Shown: positions 25,100 to 38,100 of the stretch, in pieces
Layout of the letters: every line of letters starts with the position of its first letter
How positions within the stretch are numbered: position 1 is the first letter of the stretch
Source: Lingula anatina
Lineage: Eukaryota > Animalia > Brachiopoda
Direction of reading: 5' to 3'
NCBI GenBank assembly: GCA_051362555.1
Contig: CM120649.1
Span: 15,390,567 to 15,454,566, forward strand
DNA: 64,000 nucleotides
Translations under genes and position numbers: made by a program
The notes under the pieces: model-generated
Told to the model about the DNA's origin: nothing
Databases searched by the model: none
What the model saw: the letters and a program-made list of their open reading frames with translations, nothing else

Positions 25100-25740
25100 T
25101 AACTTATGTTAACAAAGGTAATTAAATATTGGATTAAGTCACTCAAAACAATTCACACAAAATATGTTAAAATACGTTATGATTTTCTGTACAACTTAGC
25201 AGAAAACAATGACTGTTGGGCACTTGAGGTTAAGAAAATGTTCTACTCCTATGGTCTTGGGATAGTATGGTATAAGCAAGGCATTGGTGAAGAAATTTGT
25301 TTTTTGAAGGAATTTGAACAAAGATGTCTTAATATTGATGTACAAATATGGTGTGAAGAGTTATCAAATAGTAATAAATTAGATGCACATAAGCTTTTTA
25401 AGGAGAACTTCATATGTGAAACTTATGTGATGACTTTGGATGAAACTATTTTCAGAACTGCACTAGCACATTTTAGATGTTCAAATCACCCCCTTATGAT
25501 TGAGACGGGTAGACAAGAAAAAGGTAGAGATAAAGGGGTTTGCCCAGGTGAAATAGAAACAAATGCACTTTCTTCTCGTGTATCCTTTGTACCAAGATCT
25601 TAGAATCAAATGGTTAGGAAACTTTTGCAATTTCAATGTAAGATGGATTTATTTATAAGATTAATGGGTATAAAAGAAACTCCGATGTTATGAGGAAATT
25701 GCCTTGTTTTTGTTAAATGCAGAAAAAACAAAACTAGAGT
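25100..25740 (+). mobile_element. LINE ORF2 C-terminal fragment, RTE-X-like
   Basis: IKYWIK...WALEVKKMF...GLGIVW...QIW...SNKL...RTALAHFRCSNHPLMIETGR, followed by a degenerate HFLL-CP zinc-knuckle region. Confidence 0.75.
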
Positions 25741-26180
25741 TTACTACTACTGTAGACCATAATCCTACGAAACTAAATCCAAATGAATTAAGGGGTGGTG
25801 TTAAAACTGCTAAACGATAGTTACCCCCTAACAGCTTCAGTAGGTGTGCCAAATATCAGAGCCACTTAAGCAGAGAGGAATTTAGCAAGAAACCCCTCGG
25901 AGATGAGTCAATCTTGCTAGATCGATCTAGGTATGGGAATGGGGTCTAATATTGCTACACATGAATAGTATCATGATGTCATCCTTGCAGACCATCAGCT
26001 AGCTATGCTTACTTAATGAATATAACCTACTAACAGTTACACTGAATGGCTTATTGTGCACTAATTAAAATACAGAATTTAACAAAAAATTGTGTTGCTT
26101 AAAATCTGCCTCATTTTGAGTGCACAAATATATTCTTAAATATATCAGCATACTCTCTAAGTGAAATAGTACCAAAGCTC

Positions 26181-27301
26181 TTAAGTTGGGGTTTCCTGCA
26201 CTGCCTGTACAGTCCCAGATGCTTGTGTTGGTTGTCTGAAGGGTTCATGATTGTCAGCAGACAAGGGTGGAGATTCTGACCTTGACATTGGTGTAACTCG
26301 TCCAACCGTTGGCTCCTCTTCCCTGGACGGCTTCAGCCTTTTCCTGAAATGTTTGTGGTGATTACTTAATAAAATCAGAGAATAAATTAATAATTTACTG
26401 CAAAATTATGTTTTTGGAGTAAAACAAACTGCTCGACTCCTATGTATTAACAAGGCAGCAAAGCTGTCAAATGTACAGACAAAAAAACAGAAAATAAAGA
26501 TGCAAAAAAGGTCATTTTGTCAATTTTGATGCAATAATAAATAATGCTTATAATAGCACTGTCAGTCAACACTGAATTTTAATCTTGCACAACAGGTAAC
26601 ATGGTCAATAACAGGAGCGGACCCAGAGATATTTTCTGACAGTATTACAAAGTATCTATGTTGATCCATCCTCCATTTTGATGGTCTTCCAACAGAAAAA
26701 AATAGATACCAGTCAATATAAACTTAATAACCTGACTGTCTTCCGGAAGACCCAGAAGATGGTCTCAATCCACCCCTTCAATAAGATTACAGTTTCAGGA
26801 CCATGAGAGTTCAAATTCACATTATGAAAGTCTCAATATTTGAAAAATGATGACAGTGCATAAAAAAATATTACATAATGTTTAAAGACATAAAAAACAA
26901 TACAACTGCTTATGTAGAAATACAGAAAATGTGCAGAGCCCCAGGCAGATGAGAGCCTGCCTGGGGCTAAAAGTCACAAATGCAAGTGTTTGAGAAAAAA
27001 TTATAAAGGAAAACAACAAAACTAGAAAAGCACTTTGAGAGTGCAGACCTCTGCCAAGGCAGCAATTGTTGATTATTATTGATAATTGATTGATTATTGA
27101 TCCGGACCACCACCAAAAATTAATCATTGTCCTCTTTGGCCCACTTCCGACAGTTCCTGAAAATTTCTGCAAAATCGGTCCATAACTTTTTGTGTTATGT
27201 GGATGACACACAAACAGGGGTGAAAATATAACCTCCTTGGCAGAGCTTGAGGTAAATATAATTCCAATGAAGCTGCTATTCAAACTTTTAATCTTCCAGT
27301 T

Positions 27302-27336
<35 letters not shown>

Positions 27337-30300
27337 TTATTTGCAATATTAAACAAAATTTACCTGCATAATTATCACTGCTTTCTTATTATTAATCTAG
27401 CAAAGAGCTTTACCTTTGGGAGTTTACAGGGAAATATCAACAAGTGTGCTTTACGTAATCTCATTTAATGGCCTATTAAAGCAAATGACTTTATAACTCT
27501 GAAATTAATCTAGTGATACCCAAGGGTAATTTAAAGACTGACCCACTCAAAGGTCTTCAGGCCCATAAGTCACACCTTAAGAAAAGCACAAAACCATAAT
27601 GCCCAAAATAGGAGACTACCAATCCTGATGCAATAATACATTATGTTTAACTGCACAGTCAACATCAACTTATGCACAACAGGTAACACAGACGAAAGTA
27701 AAAGCATAAGGCTTCAGGCCCATCAGAGTTCAAGTTTATACTTAGAAAGTGCCAGAATGAGAAAAATGAAAATTTCACAAAAAATGCATAAATACAATAA
27801 ACATGATAATCCAATAGAGCTGGTTTTCTCATGAGCTGAAGGCCAATCCTAAAAATCGTACTTGTAAGTTTAAAATTATAATAAGTAGCACAGTTTTCTT
27901 TTCATAATGTTTGCAGTAGCAGTGCAAAAAGATTGTCAATTTTGATGTAACATTACATAATAAATTAGAGAATAATTATCACCAATTTTTGTTTATTGAC
28001 TATAAATAGGATGGACATGTAGAAAATATGATTACCATTTGGCTTCATGTCCATGGGAGCTCTGAGTCCCACAATGAATATGCCAAAAAAGATAATGAAT
28101 ATAACACTAAAATGTATAACTTCCAGAAAAAGAAGCCAATTAGACTGCTTTTCTAACTCAGGCTGCATTTTAGTCCTGTGTTTCTTTTTTGAAAGTTTGA
28201 CAGTCATAAGTAACACGGTTTTTCCATAATGGTCATCAAGGCAGCAGCACCAAAAATTGTGTTTTCTTCTATTTTGATGCAACATTACATAATGCTTAAC
28301 AGCATAATGACCATCGATTTTTAATAATAAAATATAAGTGTCATGGATTTTCACAAAATGTGACTAGCAAGGGTCTTCAAGCCTGTGGAGGTTCTAAGTC
28401 GCACCTTGGAAATGCCAATATGTGAAAAATTAAATTTTCACAAAAAACTGTTTAATTGCCAGAAAAATTTTAAGGTCTTCAGGATCATGGAACTTCAAAG
28501 TCACACCTTGAAAATGCCAATAAGTGAAAAATTAAATTTTCACAAAAAACTGTTTAATTGCCAGAAAAATTTACCAAACAGACTGCATTGCCTACTGAAG
28601 CTGTATTTTAGTCCCATGTTTCTTTCCTGTAAGTTTGAGAACAGTAAGTGACATGATTTTCCTTAAATGGTCATCATGGGAGCAGTGCCCAAAATAGGGG
28701 TTTCTTCAAATTTTCATGCAATATTACATAATGTTTTACAGCATAATGACCATCAATTTTTAATTATAAAATATTAGTATCATGGTTATTCAGAAAATGT
28801 GACTAGCAAAAGCCTTCAGGCCCATGGAACTTCAAAGTCACATATTGAAAATGCCAAAATGTAAACAATACAGCACTGTTCTGAAATGGGTTTATTTCCA
28901 TTTTTAACACTTTTTAAACATAAAACAAAATAAACAGTTTACTGCCATTTTTATATGACCAATGAAGAAAATTGATGAGATGGGAAAAGTATCAATAGAA
29001 CAGTTTTAAATGCCCAACTTCCTCCATTCTGAGATTCTGAACATAGTGGATGAATGCATCTGACAAACTGCAATGATATGAGTTTATTTCCATTTTTGAC
29101 ACTTTATTACACAATACATGATAACAAGTTTACCATCATTTTTACAAAATCAACTAACAATGTTGTAAAGATGCAGGAAATGCCAAACAAACACATTTAC
29201 GTATCTTATTAGTTCAATAATGAGACTGTTAACATGCCTAAGAATTGAATGTGAGGAAATGTGAAAAAACAGCATTACCTTTTAAAATAATGGACTGATT
29301 ATGCTGATTTTCAAACTCAACCTGCGTTTTAGTAAGATTGGCCCCTCCTGTGAGTATAATGACAATTGGCCAATCTGTTTTTCTTATATTGTGTTATCAG
29401 TGTTGCATATATACTGAAAAAAGTGAAAAAAAACAGCATAAATTCCCTATAAGTGACCCGATCGTGCTGATTTTCGAACTTGACCTGCGTATTATGAATA
29501 TTTATCAGTTCTGTAAGTTTCAAGCCAAAGGGTAAAACAGCTCTTCATTTATTGTGTTATCAGTGTTGCAAAAATGCACATCTGTGTCTGTACATAAAAA
29601 AGGATGGTGTTTGAAATTTGTAAGCTTTTACCGTACCAGTTTTTCCAGGCTTCTAGAACTTCTCTGTCTCTCTCCTCATCACTGTTACTGTTTAGGAACA
29701 GTCTGGTCAGGGTGCCCAGGGTCTGGGGAGGAAATAAGGTAATCACTCATAAAATTCGGACAAAGCAAAATAATAAGTTAATCCCCCTAGTATTATTAAA
29801 GGATGTTGTTTCAAAAGTTTGGGACAGTTATGTGACTACATGTCCCTTTAAGGGCATCTTTAGATTGATTAGAGGGACAACTAACGTGCGTAAGATATCC
29901 ATATTTCACAGTCAATACATTGTAAACAACTCATAGAAATATATATTATAAAATATAAATTCTATTTTACCACCAAAATCGCAGTTAATGCAATTATTCT
30001 GAAATTTGTGCTTGCCATCACATCATGTGACCTCCATAGATGGTTACACTATGTAATAATATTTTGAAAGAATTTTACGTAAGCCAGTTTTTTTAGAATA
30101 AAAAACAGGGCCTAACTTTGAATGAGGGAATGGATTTACCATTGGTATGGGAAAATTGGGATAAAACTTACAACAAATTTAAATCACTTACAGTTTCCCC
30201 ATTTTTTTCTCACATGATTATAAACAACACAGGGCCTCACCTTGGAGTAAAAGACGATGCTGGCATAATCCTTCCACATCGACACCAACAACTGGGCATT

Positions 30301-32110
30301 GCTGCTGACATTCTGCAGTAATCTAGACTGGAGGCTGAATCCGGTGAAGTCTGAAGTAAGAGCAATGTGTTATATAATAAGCATCACATAAAGAGTGAAC
30401 CACATGTTGAACTTCAAAACCAAACAATCAAAATTGTATATCATCAAATGAGAAAAAAATTGAACCCCAGTTTCTGTAATGTTTTTATCCACACTCAAAT
30501 TGTATAAAGAGATTACTAAAATAATGGCAGATGGGTTTGGATATGAGAGTAGTTATTCATAAGATTAGAGATAAAAAGGAATTGATTGCTTTTTTAAACA
30601 ACGCTTTCACAATAATATGTAAAACTTTTCTGAAAGATATTGAAAAGTTAGTGGGGTTCATGATCCAAAGCATTTTTCATAAGTCAATTTAAATGATAAA
30701 TCTTGAAAAAATTAAAATAAAATAATAAGTGAGATGTTTTAGATATTGATGAAAAAAATAATTGACCATTCATTTTTGTGGGTAAAAACTAACCTGACAG
30801 GTTTGAATCAGCACCTTCTGTAAGTAAAACAGGTGTCCCCGAGGTCATTGAGTACACTGTGAGAGAACCACTCAGAACGAGGCACAGATACGGAGATTGA
30901 GTCACATTGTGTCTGTCTGTTATCTGTGAATACAAAAAGACATTCTAAATTATAATTAATTAAGTATAGATAGTATAATTTCATATGCCTAATTAGTTAA
31001 TCACAAATGTGTTTATAATATTAAACATGATACACTTGTCAACCAATTACATATCTTGTAGAAAAAAACTGGTTAATTATTAAGATTAACAAATAAATGA
31101 AAAAGTGCTCCCATCATACAACAAAATTCATAATAAGATAACTATAGTATAGTATAAAGCATCTGGCACATTTTAGCTCTCTTTGTATTAGACTACAATT
31201 ACAAGATTGTCTAAAACTTTATATATAATATATAATATCTAATATAATATAATAACACCTTAACAATAAGTTAATTAATAAATAACTGGCTTACAAAACA
31301 GTGTACTGCATCTCCAGTTTGGCACTTCCTGTACTGGTCATCTGTCAGAGGAACGTTCAGTCGAACATCTTGGACAGTCATGGTCATCAAATCCAGGCTT
31401 ATCACAGTCAAATGTGGGGCTGAAATACAGGACTTTACTTACTGATACAACCACTCATGAATATGGGAGAAAGGATGGACATGTGTTCTCATTTGTACCC
31501 TTACTGAACTCCCTAAAAATTCTTTGTCTGTTACAAAAACAGATTCAAAAGCGAGACATCTTACAACTTTTTTTACTAAGTAATCAAAATTTGAAAATAT
31601 CAAGAAAGGTATAGTGCCAGTTAATATGAGCATAATGAAAACAAAATAGAACGGTCAACACTGTGGCAATTTAAATTAAATTAAATTAAATTAAATTAAA
31701 TTAAACAGTAATAGCCAAGCCATAAGTATCAGCTGTTGTCAGAAACGATGCTTTTGTTTAAAATTAAAAATGGAAGGCAAACTTATTCCACTGCCTCACC
31801 TTTAGTCTTGAAAGCTGGGAACAGTAACACAAACACCATTAATGTGCCATCAGGACTGGACTTACAATGCAGCAACTTGGTACAATTCACCTTAAAGAGA
31901 TATGTAAATATATTATTTCCCCGACTGTATTATATTCTTTGCAAATTCAACACATGTGTTTGGTTATTTAAAGTCACCTAAACAATGGGTCAATGTGACA
32001 AATCAATATGTGTATATTAAAACTGTGATCACAGGAGCATTCCTGTTCTGTGGTTCAAGTTGCACTGAGTGATGATAATGGAGATTTTAAACAACCTGAC
32101 TGGCTAATGA

Positions 32111-32165
<55 letters not shown>

Positions 32166-35100
32166 AAATGAAAACAAAATAAGGTGCAAAAAAATAAAAT
32201 AAATAAGAGAAGTACTTATATAAACCATACATTTACATAACAAAAATAAATCTTATTTCATATATGTTTTACTTTAACAATAAACTGAACATTTACATTA
32301 AATAAACTAGAGGATCAGAGAGGCGATACCGCCTCCGAATATTGTACCACCAGCTGGAGCAAGCGCTTTCGTATAGACCCCCACATACACAAAAGAAGGG
32401 ACACAGCCACCAGTCTTATGCTTGACAAGCTGTAAAAATGCAATCAACAAGAATTTTCAAAATATGCAAAAAATATATATAACTTAAAATGGTACAATAA
32501 GTTCATACAGTTAAGTTCATCGTAAGGTAGGTCAAAGGTCAATTTCAAGGTCACAGTAAATTGCCAGTATATGACTTCCTATTCAACTTTAATGGTAACT
32601 ATGGACCTATCTCTGCCAGGTTTGGAGATAAAAGAGAAAGAAATTTGCAAAGTTCAGTTCATAGTGAAAAGTAGGTCAAAGGTCAATTTCAAGGTCACAT
32701 TTAGATTGCCAGTATATGACTTTCCATGCAAGTTCAATAGAAACTATGGACCTATCTCTGCCAGTTTTGTAGATAAAAGGGAAGAAAAATATGCAAAGTT
32801 CAATTCATGGTGAAAAGTAGGTCAAAGGTCAATTTTAAGGTCACATATAGATTGCCAGTATATGACTTCCTATTCAAGTTCAATATTAACTACGGACCTA
32901 TCTCTGCCAGTTTTGGAGATAAAAGGGAAGCAAAATTTGCAAAGTTCAGTTCATGGTGAAAAGTAGGTCAAAGGTCAATTTCAAAGTCACAGTAAGATTG
33001 CCAGTATATGACTTCCTATTCAACTTCAATAGTAACTATGGACCTATCTCTGCCAGTTTTGGAGATATAAGGGGCTAAATGTTATAATTTTGGAGTTACC
33101 ATAATGTGCCTTAAATTTCGTACAGAAAAAATTAATTAAAATAAAGAAAATGTCATTTTGGTCAAAATTCTTGAAATAGGAGGTGCTCTGAAGTTTCAGA
33201 AGTTCAAATTTAATGAAATAATGTCATTTTTGAACACAAGTTGTCTGCTTTGTCAAGCCTTATGTTTTATTTTTCCAGAGTTCAAAATTTATTATCCATT
33301 ACCGTACTGCACATTTTGCTTTTACCACCAATATGTACTTTTTGATACAGTGTAACTCGAAAACCGTATGGAATACAAAAAAACCGAGACCACCCCCAGT
33401 GTTGGGCTTTACATGCTCTACAAAATGCAAAAAAGAATGGGTCTCTAGCATTAACGGTTCCCGAATTAGAGACAGTTTTCAGTTTCGGTATCTTATGGTC
33501 GCTACTCCTGTGAAAATGCACCGATTGACCCCAAATTCATGGAGATGAAAGATGACCTGAAGGGTAACACTTTCCAATAATATTATTGGTTAAGTCTGTG
33601 TAGTGTCTGAATAACAGGGCAAAAAAATTTTTTTTCGTAAAAAATTTCATTTTTTTGAAAATTTTGGCCCATTTGACCTTGAAGTAAAGGTCAAAGGTTA
33701 AATCCAAGGGTATATTTGAAATCTACACATATGACTTTTGGAAAGCCGTCTATAGAAATTTTTCCCATTACTCCTACTGTAGGGTAGATAATTAGCATTT
33801 AATTTTGCCATTTTTAGACAAGGGTGCATTGTAATGAGTGCCACACCCAGACCCCAATACCGACAAAGCCCAAATTTTACGTGGAACGAGTTGAGATTAT
33901 AGGTGACCTAAATCCATGAGATGGGTATGGGGGCCCTTACCGTCTAGGAGGAGAAGCGGTAACGGTAGCCGTCCGGCGGAGCCGGCGGAACGATCCGGAC
34001 GGGACCGAAACCATGTGTACCGCCAGCGCTAACGCTGGTGGTACAATAATATAATTGGTTTAGTCTGTGTGGTGTCTGAATAACAGCGCAAATAATTTTT
34101 TTTTCGTAAAAAAAATCATTTTTTTGAAAAATTTGGCCTGTTTGACCTTGAAATTAAGGTCAAAGGTCAAATCCAAGGGCATATTTGAAATCTACACATA
34201 TGACTTTTGGAAAGCCGTCTGTAGAAATTTTTCCAATAATTCCTTCCGTAGGGTAGATAATTAGCATTTAATTTTGCCATTTTTGAACAAGGGTGCATTG
34301 CAATGAATGCCACACCTAGACCCCAATACCGACAAAGCCCAAATTTTACGTGGAACGAGTTGAGATTATAGGTGACCTAAATCCAAGAGATGGGTATAGG
34401 GGGCCTTACCGTCTAGGAGGAGAAGCGGTAACGATGACATGGCGGCGGAGCCGCAGGAGCCGGCGGAACGGACCGGACGGGACTAAAACCATGTGTACCG
34501 CCAGCGCTAACGCTGGTGGTACAATAAAACAAGGCAGCAAAGCTGTCAAATGTACAGACAAAAAACAGGAAATAACTATGCACAAAATAGGCTACTGTCA
34601 ATTCTGATGCAAAAATACATTATGTTAAACTGCAAATTCAACATCAAATTTTAATTATCCTCAACAGGTAATACCAATGTAATTAAAATATGTGACAAGT
34701 TTACACTTTGAAAATGTATAACTTCCAGAAAAAGAAGTCACTTAGACTGCTTTTCCAACTCAGACTGCATTTTAGTCCTGTATTTCTTTTTTGAAAGTTT
34801 GGCAATCATAAGTAACATGGTTTTCCCATAATGGTCATCATGGCAGCAGCACCCAAAATTGTGTTTTCTTCTATTCTGATGCAATATTACATAATGGTTA
34901 ACAGCATAATGACCGTCAATTTTTAATAATAAAATATACATATCATGGATTTTCAGAAAATGTGACTAGCATGGGTCTTCAAGCCCGTGGAACTTCAAAG
35001 TCACACCTTGAAAATGCCAATATGTGAAAAATTAAATTTTCACAAAATAACTGTTTAACTGGCAGTAAGAATTACCAAACAGACTGTGTTTCCTACTGAA

Positions 35101-38100
35101 GATGTATTTTAGTCCCATGTTTCTTTCCTGTAAGTTTGAGAACAGTAAATGACATGGTTTTTCTTAAATGGTCATCATGGGAGCAGTGCCCAAAATAGTT
35201 TTTTTTTTTTTTTCAAATTTTGATGCAATATTACATAATGTTTAACAGCATAATGACCATCAACTTTAATAATAAAATATTAGTATTATGGATATTCAGA
35301 AAATGTGACTAGCAAAGGTCTTCAGGCCCATGGAACTTCAAAGTCACAACTTGAAAATGCCAAAATGTAAACGAGACAGCACTGTTCTGAAATGTTTTTT
35401 TTTTCCATTTTTAACAATTTTTAACATAAAACAAAATTAACAGTTTTCTGCCGTTTTTATATGATCAACTAAGAAAATTGATGAGATGGGAAAAATATCA
35501 ACAGAGCAGTGTTAAATGTCCAATCTCTTCCATTCTGAGATTCTGAACATAGTGAATGATTGAATCTGACAAACTGCAATGATATGAGTTTATTTCCATT
35601 TTTGAAACTTTATTACACAATACACGATAACAAGTTTACCATCATTTTTACATAATCAACTAATAATGTTGTAAAATTGCAGGAAATGCCAAACAAACAC
35701 TTTTACGTATCTTATTAGTTCAATAATGAAACTGTTTACATGCCTAAGAATTAAATCTGAGGAAATGTGAAAAAACTGCATTTCTTTAAAATAATGGCCC
35801 GATTATGCTGATTTTTGAACTCAGCCTGCGTTTTAGCAGGAATGACCACTCCTGTGAGTTTAATGACAATTGGCCTGTTTTTCTTATATTGTGTTTACAG
35901 TGTTGCATATATGCTGAAAAGTGAAAAAAAAGCATAACTACTAAAATAGTGGCCCGATCATGCCGATTTTCGAACTTGACCTGCGTTATAGTAAGATCGA
36001 TTACTCCTGTGAGTTTCATGACAAAAAGCTTATCAGTTTTCCTTGAAATGTGTTAACAGTGTTGCATATATGCTGAAAAGTGAAAAAACAGCATAACTTC
36101 TACATTAATGGCCCGATCATGCTGATTTTCGAACTTGACCTGCACTTTATGAATATTCATCAGCTCTGTAAATATACAGCCAAAAAGTAAAACTGCCTTC
36201 CACTTATCGTGTTTACAATGAAAGTGCATGGCGCCGGCGACAGCGACAGTGACAGCAACGACGGCCACGACAGACGCAGGTGATGGCAAGATGTACAGAC
36301 ACATCTGTACATATTAACTGTACTGTTTGAGAACAGTAAGTGACATGGTTTTTCTTAAATGGTCATCATGGGAGCAAAATAGTGCCCAAAATAGGTTTTT
36401 TTCAAATTTTGATGCGATATTACATAATGTTTAACAGCATAATGATCATCAATTTTTAATAATAAAATATTAGTATCATGGACAAATAGTAAACGTGACT
36501 AACAAAGGTTTTTAGGCCGATGGAACTTCAAAGTCACGCCTTAAAGATGCCAAAATGTAAACAAGACTGCACTGTTCTGAAATGGGTTTATTTCCATTTT
36601 TAACACTTTTTTAACATAAAACAAAATTAATAGGTTACTGCCATTTTTATAAGATCAACTAAGAAAATTGATGAGATGTGAAAAATATCAATAGAACAGT
36701 GTTAAATGTCCAATTTCTTCCATTCTGAGATTCTGAACATAGTGAATGATTGAATCTGACAAACTGCAATGATATGAGTTTATTTCCATTTTTGACACTT
36801 TATTACACAATACACGATAACAAGTCAACCATCATTTTTACATAATCAACTAACAATGTTATAAAGATGCAGGAAATGTCAAACAAACACTTTTACGTAT
36901 CTTATTACTTAAATAATAAGGCTATTAACATGCCTAAGAATTAAATCTGAGGAAATCTGAAGAAATGTGAAAAAACAGCATAACTTCTAAAATAATGCCC
37001 CAATTATGCTGATTTTCGAACTCAACCTGCGTTTTAGTAAGACTAACCATTCCTGTGAGTTTAATGACAATTGGGCTTTCTGTTTTTCTTATATTGTGTT
37101 TACAGTGTTGCATATATGCTGAACAATGAAAAAACCGCATAACTACTAAAATAGTGGCCCAATCATGCTGATTTTCGAACTTGACCTGCGTTTTAGTAAG
37201 ATTGATTACTCCTGTGAGTTTCATGACAACAGGCCTAACGGTTTTCCTTAAAATGTGTTTACAAGGTTGCATATATGCTGAAAAGTGAAAAAACAGCATA
37301 ACTTCTACAATAATGGCCCGATCATGCTGATTTTCGAACTTGACCTGCGTTTTATGAATATTCATCAGCTCTGTAAATATAAAGCCAAAACGTAAAACTG
37401 CCTTCCACTTATCGTGTTTACAAGGAAAGTGCACGGCACCGGCGCCGGCATCGGCATCGGCGACGACAGACGCAGGTGATGGCAATATGTACAGACACAT
37501 CTGTGTCTGTATATAAAAAGGAAGAAAAAACTCACCATCACTGGCTTATAGCGGCGTGTCCCATACGTGGACAGTAGGTTGGTATTGGTGTGTTTGATAA
37601 TAATATGAAACATCCCGCCAGCTTCACTATCCAGGATGTCTTTACTGACTGGGTAGACTAGTTTCTGAATATAAGAATGGGAACATCTGTTATTTAAGAA
37701 AAGAATTCATTTTTCACTTCAATTCTTGTGAAACCAATGATAGCTGGTTAAGATTTCTAAACTGTTGTTTTTGTATAAATATTAGAAAGAAAAAAAAAAC
37801 TTCTAAACTGATTTACTGTTTTAAATTCATTTATTTTGATTTATACTTAGCACATATTAATAATCAATTTCATTAAGAAAAAATCTGTGCAAGTTACTAA
37901 CATTTTTGATTTAGAAAGAAGAAAAAAATACTTACCACTCGATCTTTGTCAGAACTGTCTGAATACCAGGGATTTCCAAGATTTAAAGACTTTATTTGTT
38001 CTTCAGCTAAAAATTGAACCCAAAATTCATACAATCCACATTATCAGTAAAAAATTTACAAACAAACTTCAGAATCTACAAAGTTTTATTTGTGAGGTCA

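Noticed and set aside
26731-26831. Extra minus-strand exon (DFHNVNL...FRKTV) that would bridge phases before the last exon
   Set aside because: It lies inside HINE family B, overlaps one of its degenerate subrepeats and has weak sites (GAG acceptor, GTTATT donor). The GTACGG donor at 29636 solves the phase without it.
36934-37500. 188-aa repetitive minus-strand ORF (and related ORFs at 35786-36304 and 29329-29523)
   Set aside because: Translation of the ~130-bp tandem subunits of HINE family B; the copies do not preserve frame.
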